A DNA stretch of 48,833 nucleotides. It comes from Acidimicrobiia bacterium (GTDB lineage: Bacteria > Actinomycetota > Acidimicrobiia > Spongiisociales > JAHEDJ01). The DNA lies in contig JARGFH010000005.1 of assembly GCA_029210695.1 (NCBI GenBank), forward strand, positions 1 through 48,833. Direction: 5' to 3'. The translations under genes and the position numbers were made by a program. Positions 31,955-39,798 of this stretch are shown here, in pieces. The stretch's first letter is position 1; every line of letters begins with the position of its first letter. The notes under the pieces are model-generated. The model made no database searches. It was not told where the DNA came from and saw only the letters and a list, made by a program, of their open reading frames with translations.

Positions 31955-32465
31955 GAGCCCCCCTACCCCCGCCTCCGGCGGCGGTACTTTCCCCCCTGCG
32001 GGGGGACCGATTCACCCGCGTTTCTCCGCTGCGTCAGCAGGGGAGTGACGGGTCTTCGCTCAACCCGCGTGGCAGAGGGGGCATGCACGTGAGCCCCCCT
32101 ACCTCCGCACAATCGCGAACTGCGACACCCTGCGGGGGGACCGACTGACACGCGTTTCTCCGCTGCGTCAGCATGGGAGTGACGGGTCTTCGCTCAACCG
32201 CCGTTTCTCCCCCGCTTGGGCGGGGGAGATGCCGAGTCTTCGAGGCAGAGGGGGCATTGGCGTACGCCTGGGATGCCGAGTCTTCGATCGAATTGGATTG
32301 ACCCGACCACCATCACACTCACGAAATCGACGGGTCAATCCATTTCGACAGGCAGAGGGGGCAGTGGGGTAGGCGGCAGCGCGGCGTGGCCCCCCTACCC
32401 CCGCCTGCCGGCGGCGGTACCTTCCCCCCTCCGGGGGGACCGACTCACCCGCGTTTCTCCCCCGC
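31955..32465. repeat. REP-like cluster (families A and C, a 49-bp direct duplication, and a nested hairpin insertion)
   Basis: Family C at about 31957, 32093 and 32388; duplication at about 32017-32065 and 32151-32199; inverted family A at 32202-32255; interrupted copy at 32272-32362. Confidence 0.9.
32288..32348. mobile_element. 61-bp TCGA-ended hairpin (family B, MITE/REP-like) inserted in a family A unit
   Basis: Inverted repeats TCGAATTGGATTGACCCG / CGGGTCAATCCATTTCGA (17/18) split GATGCCGAGTCTTCGA|GGCAGAGGGGGC. Confidence 0.7.
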
Positions 32466-32467
32466 TG

Positions 32468-34005
32468 AAGGACTTCGCGCCTGACTCCGTGATCGCAGGC
32501 GGCGCGGGTGGAACGTTCACCCTCGTTGTCACGAACACCGGCAAGTCACGCTCAGCGACGCAGTCGTGACCGACAACGGGATCGATGGCCGCCTCGACAT
32601 GCTGATCGTGTCGGTGACGACAGCATCGGCCGCAGGTGGTGAGGATTGCAGCGCCTCCTCTGGCCAGGACGTCTCGTGCATAATCCCCACGCTTGCGGTG
32701 GACGAGTGGGTGATTATCACCGTGAGATTCGAAGTCGACTCGTCGGTTCCTGAGGCAGACGGTGTCGGCGGGCTCAATGATGGGCCGGTTGTTCCCAACT
32801 CGGCCGACGTGAGGGCTGAGGCGTCTCGGGGCGATTCGGAGGATCCCAGCGACGACGTCACCGCCAGCGGCGGAGACAACCTCGCCATCCTGGTTGACAT
32901 CGACCTGTCGATCGTCAAGACGTTTGATCCAGACTCGGTGCCGCAAGGTACGAACCAGTCGTTCACCATCGTGGTGAGCAACGGCGGACCGTCGGATGCG
33001 CTAATCGCCAACGGCTCGGGAGTGAGCATCTCCGATACAGCGCACGGCTCGCTCGAAGTCAGAGCCGTCACCGTGGCCGGAGACGGCTCGTGTACCTGGA
33101 CGGTCTACTGTCCAGATGTTCCTCAGACAATCGAATGCCTTGTCGACATCCCGGCAGGCGAGTCGGTGACTATCACCGTCGACTACACGGCAGCGCCGTT
33201 CCTGAGCGGCGACCCGTCACCGTACGGAACGACAGCCGGTGACGACTTCCGGTTCGTGTTCGTAAATGGGAGCATCCTCGAAGGGTCGACCCAAGGTGGA
33301 TCGGTCTACCTTGACGGCGTGGACATCACCAGCGAGGTGACGATCCTCAGCAGTCTGATGAGGAACGACCTGATCTTCGATCCGGCGGGTGACGATCCGG
33401 CCTTCGAGATGCACCTGTCCTGCTCCGACCCCTTCACGGGCGGTTGGGGCCAGTCGGCCGGACCGGTCGAGGGCATTGACGTCAACTGGCAGATCGCCTA
33501 CTTCTCGATTGCCCGTTACAACAGCCAGGGGTTCTTCAAGAACTGCGGCAACGTGGTGAATTCGTTCGAAGTGCCGAACACGGCGACGGCAACCGGTACG
33601 GACTCGTTCGGCACCCAAACCGTCTCTGATGACGACATGCTGACGATCGGGCCAGGAATCACCCTCGACACGCTGCAGACCAACGGGAAGCGGCTGACCG
33701 CGCGGTTGACCAACTACACAGGCGACGCCAAGACGATCGATGAGGTATCGATCGAGTGGCCGAATAGCAACGGTGAACTGACCAAGGTGTGGCTGACCTT
33801 TGGCCGGACGAACGACATCGTCTGGGATGGGACAACACCACCTCCTGAGACGTTGCTCCAAGCCGGTGTTGACGGCTGGATTGGCGGAACGCTCCTGACC
33901 GGGGAAGCGATCTTGAGGTTCGACTTCCAAAACAAGGTCGACAACAGTGGATACACCATCCGGGTGAACTTCACGGATGGGACGTTCCTCGACATCAGGC
34001 AATAG
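32468..34005 (+). pseudogene. 5'-truncated, frameshifted DUF11-repeat surface protein
   Basis: KDFAPDSVIAGG...TFTLVVTNTG then a 1-nt loss at about 32544 into VTLSDAVVTD; second repeat DLSIVKTF...FTIVVSNGGPSDA; no start codon or signal peptide; abuts a REP. Confidence 0.75.
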
Positions 34006-34028
34006 GCGCCATCGTCAACGAGAGAAAG

Positions 34029-34061
34029 AGGACCCGGGCTTCGGCCCGGGTCCTTCTTTTT
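34029..34061 (+). terminator. Intrinsic terminator
   Basis: AGGACCCGGGC-TTCG-GCCCGGGTCCT followed by TCTTTTT. Confidence 0.9.
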
Positions 34062-34212
34062 GCTTGGAGCTCGGCCGGCGCCCGGCTCGGGCTGCCCGGC
34101 TGCGAGTCCGACCACCAACACAGTGGCCAGGCGCACGTTTAACGACAAGCGACGAATGCTCGATTCACGAATAGCGGGTGGGACAGTGAGGAGAAGCGGG
34201 CGCAACCACCCG

Positions 34213-35319
34213 CTACGGCGGGCCGCGGACTCCGCCCGGGCGGAGGAATCTTCTCCGTTGCGGAGGGCTCTTCGGGTCGATGCGGTAGCCCATCCGGTGG
34301 ATGACGATGTGATGGTGGAACCAGCAGAGGGTGGTCAGATTCTCGGGGTCGTGGGTGCCGCCCCGCGACCGGGGTTGGATGTGGTGCGGCTGCAACCGGT
34401 AGCGGCTCGAGCAGCCGTCGGCGGTGCAGGCGCCGCCGTCACGGTGCAGCACAAACCTTCGGACCGCCGGTGGGATCGCCCGGGTCGCCGGTGACGACCA
34501 GGTGGGTCGTCCGGAGCCCGTGGTGATCACCTCGACCGCCCCACCGCACAGGATCTCTTCGAGGGTCAGCGGCCCCACCCTCGGGCCGGCCGCCACGGTC
34601 GCTCCTGTCTCGCCGAAGGTGGCGGAGGCCAGGTCGGCGTCCACGAATACCGTTGCCAGCAGGGTGGCTCCGGACGTTTCGGTGTCGCCGGTGAGGGAGT
34701 CCTGGCAGACTGCCACGAGGGCGTCGGCCAGGCGCTGGCCGATCGGGCCCTGCGTGCCATCGGGCCGGGCCGGGAACCGGTCGGCCCTTTCGAACAGGGC
34801 CTTTTCGACCATCGAGCCGTCGAGGCCGGGCAGCAAACCCCAGGCGCGGTAGGCGGTGCGGTCGAGGTTGGGCTGCATCACGAAGTGGCGCCCGTCGAAG
34901 ATGTCCCGTTCGTCGCCGGGGGTGATTCGCCGGTGCCGGGCGATGAGCCGGCGCATCCCGGCGATGTCGTGGGTGACCGCCGCCTCGATGGCCCGTTCTT
35001 CGCCCACCAGGGCGGCCAGCCGGTCGGCCTCGACGGCCTGATCGAACGACAGCTCGCCCCGCCCGGCCATCAGCCGCAGGTCGTGGTGTTGCGAGTGAGC
35101 GAGGCGGTTCAGTGAGGCGGCGGTGTCGTTGGCCACCCCCAGGCGTCCGGCCAGCCACTCACGCATCGAACGGCACCCGTCGGCCAGGGGGACCTGGCGG
35201 GTGTCGAGTTCGGCGACGATGCCGGCCTGTTCGGTTCGGGCCGCTGCCATCAAGGATTCGAGACCGAGGAGTCGTTGCTCGAGAGCGTCGGTTGTGGCGG
35301 TGGTCAATGGGTGTTCCAT
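34213..35319 (-). CDS. DUF222 / 13E12-repeat-like HNH endonuclease
   Basis: DGCRSMREWLA, QRLADALVAVC, RAIPPAVRRFVLHRDGGACTADGC, HHIQPRSRGGTHDPENLTTLCWFHH, ends RGPP. Confidence 0.9.
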   Translation of the reverse strand: MEHPLTTATTDALEQRLLGLESLMAAARTEQAGIVAELDTRQVPLADGCRSMREWLAGRLGVANDTAASLNRLAHSQHHDLRLMAGRGELSFDQAVEADRLAALVGEERAIEAAVTHDIAGMRRLIARHRRITPGDERDIFDGRHFVMQPNLDRTAYRAWGLLPGLDGSMVEKALFERADRFPARPDGTQGPIGQRLADALVAVCQDSLTGDTETSGATLLATVFVDADLASATFGETGATVAAGPRVGPLTLEEILCGGAVEVITTGSGRPTWSSPATRAIPPAVRRFVLHRDGGACTADGCSSRYRLQPHHIQPRSRGGTHDPENLTTLCWFHHHIVIHRMGYRIDPKSPPQRRRFLRPGGVRGPP

Positions 35320-35325
35320 ACGATC

Positions 35326-35348
35326 AATATATCGAGAGACTGTGACAG
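35326..35348 (-). promoter_or_regulatory. RecA-NDp (PafBC-type) DNA-damage promoter, leaderless
   Basis: Minus strand cTGTCAcag-8 nt-TATATT-6 nt-ATG fits tTGTCRgtg-N8-TAnnnT. Confidence 0.65.
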
Positions 35349-35455
35349 AAAACGGGCGCTGACAGTCGTTGATGGATGTCGGCGTTGATCGCCGATGGCC
35401 TGCCCGGAGCCGACGAAATGATCGGCCCCACGACGGCCGGGACCACTTCCCCCTG

Positions 35456-35630
35456 GTTGGGCAGCGGCGGGACCAGGCAGACCGATGGTTCAGCACTCGA
35501 CGAGGTCGTTGGCCACCTGGTCGTCGAAGCCGTATTCGATCGGACGGCCGCTCAGGATCGGAGGGACTTGAAGCGTGTCGATCGGGGCTTTGGTCCCTTC
35601 GATGGGCAGGGCGATCTCACATACGATGGG
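35456..35630 (-). pseudogene. Relic of a third CLVPPxP-tailed protein
   Basis: Minus strand 35482-35456 encodes VCLVPPLPN, preceded by SSAEPS, matching NASDPLVCLVPPLPK of 39799; no intact ORF; upstream limit uncertain. Confidence 0.5.
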
Positions 35631-35655
35631 GTTCGTTGAGAAACGGAGGTTTGGC

Positions 35656-35835
35656 ATGGCTGAGGGACGGTCCCGGATTGATCCAACGCTGGTTATGGCG
35701 ATCGGTGGGTTGGGGGGAGGGCTCAGCGGGTTTGTGATCTGGATGGTCACCGAGACGTTCGTGTTTCTCCCCGTCTTCGCCGCCGCCGGGCTGGTGGCGG
35801 GGATTGCGATAGCCGAGTCGCTGCGCCGTCGTTGA
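35656..35835 (+). CDS. Small two-TM membrane protein (59 aa)
   Basis: GGAGG RBS at 35645; two hydrophobic helices, RRR tail. Confidence 0.7.
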   Translation: MAEGRSRIDPTLVMAIGGLGGGLSGFVIWMVTETFVFLPVFAAAGLVAGIAIAESLRRR

Positions 35836-35946
35836 CGAAAGCCGCCCTTCCCTGCCTGTTGGGTAACCAAATGGGAGCGGGCACTCCACCGGGCCTGTGT
35901 CGGCACCGTCTGTCGTTGCCGGTAGCCTGGGAGCAACGGAGGTGAC

Positions 35947-37401
35947 GTGAGGACATCAAACAGAAGGCGGCCGGTGCCGAATATGCTCGCCGGCCTGCTG
36001 GCGCTGGCGCTGCTGCTCGCAGCCTGCGGCGGTGACACAACCACCGCCACCCTGGATCCGGATGCGCCGGTGGTTGCCTCTCGCGACAATGAGGATCCGG
36101 ATTGCGTCGCGGCCGGTACCTGTACCACAGAAGCCGGCGAAGACCCCAGCGACGGCACCGAACCGATCGCCTCCGAGCCTGCGGACACCTACGACGGGTT
36201 GGCGGTCGGGTTCAACGAAGACGGCTTGCCTTACCTGGGCGATCCCGACGCTCCGGTCACACTGGTGGAGTACTCCGACTATCTGTGCCCGTTCTGCGGT
36301 CGGCACTTCACCCAGACCACGCCGCAACTCATCGACCGGTACGTCCGCACCGGCCAGATCAACCTGGTGTTCCACGACTTCCCGCTGGCCGACCTGCATC
36401 CCACCGCCCCTGCCGGTCATGCTGCGGCTCTATGCGTATCCGAGCAAGGGGCTGCGCTCTTCTGGGCCTATCACGATGAGTTGTTCGCCCGGCAAGGGGA
36501 GTGGTCGTCGGTGCCGGACAACCGCGAGTTCCTCGCTGCCGTCGCCGGTGAAATCGGCGCCGACGTTGAGGCATATCAAGCCTGTGTCGACTCCGGGCGT
36601 ACGGTGCCCGTGGTTGATGAGCGAGTCGCTCAGGGCCGTGCTCTCGGCTTCTCCGGGACGCCCAGCTTCCACATCGTCGACAACCGCACCGATGAGATCT
36701 TCGAAATCGTCGGGGCGCAGTCGGTCGAGACGTTCGCCTCCGCCCTCGATGCCACCATCGCCGGTGAGGCGCCGGTGGTCGCCGATGAACCGCCGCCGGA
36801 GACGCCCAACCTGCCGTTCTGGGCCAATGGGGATGGACTCGTCCCCGATCCGCGTCGATCCGGTTACACACTTGCAGGAGACGCCTTCAAAGGTAATCCC
36901 GACGCCGAAGTCGTCGTGATCGAAATATCCGACTTCCAGTGCCCCTTCTGTGGTCGGCATGCCCTCGAGACACAGCCGGCCCTCGACGAGATGTACGTCG
37001 ACACCGGCCGGGTCATGTGGGTGTTCAAACACTTACCGCTGCAGATCCATCCGCAGGCCCCGGTGGCAGCGGCGGCGGCCGAGTGTGCCGGGGAGCAGGG
37101 GGAGTTCTGGGCGATGCACGACCTGATCTTCGAATCTGTGGAGGAGTGGGCTGTCGACCCGCCCGACCCGGTGCTGGAGTCGCTGGCCGGTGAGCTCGGG
37201 CTGGATGAAGCAGCCTTCTCGGCGTGTTTGGGGAGCCGGGACTCACTCGATCCGGTCCTGGAGGATCTGTACGACCTCACGAGCGTCTTTTCCACCACGC
37301 CCACCTTCGTCGTGCTGTTCGACGGGCAGGCGTCGGTGATCGAAGGCGCGCAGCCACTGGAGCAGTTCGTGTCCGCTCTCGAGGCGTTACTCGGGGAGTG
37401 A
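35947..37401 (+). CDS. Lipoprotein with two DsbA/thioredoxin_4 domains
   Basis: GGAGGTGA RBS; lipobox LLAAC; EYSDYLCPFC and EISDFQCPFC; cis-Pro loops GTP and TTP; GAQ. Confidence 0.92.
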   Translation: MRTSNRRRPVPNMLAGLLALALLLAACGGDTTTATLDPDAPVVASRDNEDPDCVAAGTCTTEAGEDPSDGTEPIASEPADTYDGLAVGFNEDGLPYLGDPDAPVTLVEYSDYLCPFCGRHFTQTTPQLIDRYVRTGQINLVFHDFPLADLHPTAPAGHAAALCVSEQGAALFWAYHDELFARQGEWSSVPDNREFLAAVAGEIGADVEAYQACVDSGRTVPVVDERVAQGRALGFSGTPSFHIVDNRTDEIFEIVGAQSVETFASALDATIAGEAPVVADEPPPETPNLPFWANGDGLVPDPRRSGYTLAGDAFKGNPDAEVVVIEISDFQCPFCGRHALETQPALDEMYVDTGRVMWVFKHLPLQIHPQAPVAAAAAECAGEQGEFWAMHDLIFESVEEWAVDPPDPVLESLAGELGLDEAAFSACLGSRDSLDPVLEDLYDLTSVFSTTPTFVVLFDGQASVIEGAQPLEQFVSALEALLGE

Positions 37402-37710
37402 CGCGCGAGGCGCGGGTTGCTAGTCGCGGGTCGCGGGTCGCGAGTTGCCCCCTCCGCCTCGTGGACTCGGCACCTCCCCCGCTTTCAGCGGGGGAGGAAC
37501 GCGGTGGGGGGAGGAACGCGAGAGGCGCTTGCCCCCTCTGCTGGTCGACATGAATAGACCTGCGTTGGTCCTTCGGTGGTTGGGTCTATTCACGTCGATC
37601 GTGGACTCGGCACCTCCCCCGCGTCGCGGGATGCCCCCTCTGCCTCGCAGACTCGGCATCTCCCCCGTCTTCGCCGGGGGAGAAACGCGAAAGAGGGGGA
37701 GGAACGCGGT
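37402..37710. repeat. Heptamer tandem plus three family A units, one interrupted
   Basis: gtcgcgg array at about 37423; family A at 37447-37503, 37531-37620 (interrupted) and 37633-37689. Confidence 0.9.
37545..37598. mobile_element. 54-bp TCGA-ended hairpin (family B) inserted in a family A unit
   Basis: Inverted repeats TCGACATGAATAGACC / GGTCTATTCACGTCGA (15/16) between GCCCCCTCTGC and TCGTGGACTCGGCACCTCCCCC. Confidence 0.7.
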
Positions 37711-37725
37711 GGGTGGTCGTGCCGG

Positions 37726-39657
37726 CTACAGCGCTTCTTCGTGGGCGATTGCGACCGGGGTGAGGGTGTCGGCCGGGTCGAAGTTGAACACCCGTGAGTA
37801 GAAGTAGAACTCGGCTTCGCGGGCGCGTTCGATGTTCTCGGCCTGGCGGAAACCGTGCCCCTCACCCTCGAAGGCTACATAGGCGTGCGGAATGCCTTTG
37901 GCATCGAGCGCCGCAACGATCTCCTCGGCCTGGGCCGGCAGCACCACCCGATCCTCGAGACCCTGGAGCAGGATGACCGGGCACGAGAAGCCGTCGAGGT
38001 TGTGCAGCGGTGACCGCTCGTCGTAGAGGTCGGCGGCTTCGGGATAAGGGCCGATCATGCTGTCGAGATAGCGGGACTCGAACTTATGGGTGTCGGTGGC
38101 CAACGCGGCGAGATCCCCAACTCCGAAATAGGAGGCGCCGGCCGCAAAGGCGTCCGCGAACGCCAGAGCACACAACGTGGTGTAGCCACCGGCGCTACCG
38201 CCGCGAATGGCCATCCGGTCACCGTCGACGAGGCCGCGGTCTGCCAGATAGAGAGCAGAGCTGATGCAGTCGTCGAGGTCGACGACGCCCCACTCTCCCC
38301 GCAAAGCGTTGCGATAGGCGCGCCCGAAGCCACTCGAGCCCCGGTAGTTGACGTCGACGATCGCAAAGCCGCGGGATGTCCAGAACTGATAACTCAGGTC
38401 CAGTTCCGGGCTGGTGGCGCCGGTCGGTCCGCCGTGGCTCATCACCAGCAGCGGCGGCTTCTGACCGGCGGGCGCGATGAATCCGGGGTTGCGGGGCGGG
38501 TAGTAGAAGGCGTGGGTGATCCCATCGTCGGTGGTCGCCAACTCGATCGCCTCCGGCAGGCTGATCAAGGCCGGATCGAGGTCGATCTGCAGGCTCGGCT
38601 TCACAACCTCAACGGCCTGGCGGTTGACGTCGATGGCTACCACCGCCATCGGGGATGACCCGCTTCCGGCCGTCGTGTACAACCGATCACCGGAGGTTGC
38701 GAGCGTGTAGCCGAATACGTCGAACGGCGTATGTACCGCCCGGAGCGTGTCCTTTTCGAATACACCGACCCGGTCGAACCCGCCTTCCGAATAGACGGCG
38801 ACGATCCGGTGCTCGGACAGGAAGCCGTAGCGGCGCATGCCGAACCCCCACTGTGGCTTGCCGAATTCGGCTTCCATGAGGTGCAGGGCTTCGGCATGGC
38901 CGTCAACGTGCCGGAACAGGTTCCACCAGCCGGTGCGGTCCGACACGAAGTGGAGCACCCCGCCGGGCGACCATTCGGGTTGGAAGATCGACTCGTCGTC
39001 GCCACCGGCGACCAGTTCCGGTTCGGACACCGACCCGTCCCCGGCGAGCGCAGCCCACCACAACTCGGTGCCGTCCCAGGGCATCAGGGGGTGGTCCCAG
39101 GACAACCAGGCGAGCCGGGTGCCGTCGGGGCTCACCCGCGGCGACGAGTAGAAATCTTGTCCTTTGGCGATGACTCGTGGCTTGTCGGATCCGTCGAGCG
39201 GGAACGTGACCAGCGTGTTCTTCGGTTCCCGGTCGTTGCGATGGCGTTCCCGCACGCAGATGATCCGGTCGCCGTGGAATACGAAGTCGGCGTAGCGGTC
39301 GCCGGCCGGCGTCTTCGGCTCCGGGGTGATCGCCACCGGCTCACCGCCGTCGAAGCGGTAGACCCGTTGATCGGCGAAGTCGCAGGAGATGAGCACGCCG
39401 TCTCGCACCGCGTAGGATCCGCCACCGTATTCGTGGGCCCGGGACCGGGAGTTGAAACCCTCCGGCACCGCGTCCGCCACCACGCCGCCGGCGTCGCGGC
39501 GGACGATCGCCTGACGGCCGCCTTCCTGCGGGCGGCCTTCGATCCAGTAGAGATCATCACCGTCGGTGCCAACCCCACCGACCGCTACGCCGGCCTCCGT
39601 CAGCATCGAGATCGTTATCGGCGATTCCCAGGACCCGTAGGGAGCCGTGACCGTCAT
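37726..39657 (-). CDS. S9 family (prolyl oligopeptidase / dipeptidyl aminopeptidase) peptidase
   Basis: APYGSWESPI, HGGPT, DVNYRGSSGFGR, GGSAGG, THKFESRY, QGLED, EGHGFR. Confidence 0.95.
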   Translation of the reverse strand: MTVTAPYGSWESPITISMLTEAGVAVGGVGTDGDDLYWIEGRPQEGGRQAIVRRDAGGVVADAVPEGFNSRSRAHEYGGGSYAVRDGVLISCDFADQRVYRFDGGEPVAITPEPKTPAGDRYADFVFHGDRIICVRERHRNDREPKNTLVTFPLDGSDKPRVIAKGQDFYSSPRVSPDGTRLAWLSWDHPLMPWDGTELWWAALAGDGSVSEPELVAGGDDESIFQPEWSPGGVLHFVSDRTGWWNLFRHVDGHAEALHLMEAEFGKPQWGFGMRRYGFLSEHRIVAVYSEGGFDRVGVFEKDTLRAVHTPFDVFGYTLATSGDRLYTTAGSGSSPMAVVAIDVNRQAVEVVKPSLQIDLDPALISLPEAIELATTDDGITHAFYYPPRNPGFIAPAGQKPPLLVMSHGGPTGATSPELDLSYQFWTSRGFAIVDVNYRGSSGFGRAYRNALRGEWGVVDLDDCISSALYLADRGLVDGDRMAIRGGSAGGYTTLCALAFADAFAAGASYFGVGDLAALATDTHKFESRYLDSMIGPYPEAADLYDERSPLHNLDGFSCPVILLQGLEDRVVLPAQAEEIVAALDAKGIPHAYVAFEGEGHGFRQAENIERAREAEFYFYSRVFNFDPADTLTPVAIAHEEAL

Positions 39658-39798
39658 GAACACCTTTCGTGAGCTGCAGCGGAATCTAACCGGCTTGTGA
39701 CCTCGGAGCGTGCGGCGCCAACGGCGCGGGGTGGGCCCCGCCGGAATTCCTCTCGGTGCCACCTCCCCCACGATGATTGGGGGAGAGAAACGTACGTC

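Noticed and set aside
30647..32569. ORFs with recurring peptides such as PPYPRLRRRY, MPSLRGRGG and GGDAESSRQRG
   Set aside because: They are translations of family A and C repeats, with no evidence of coding.
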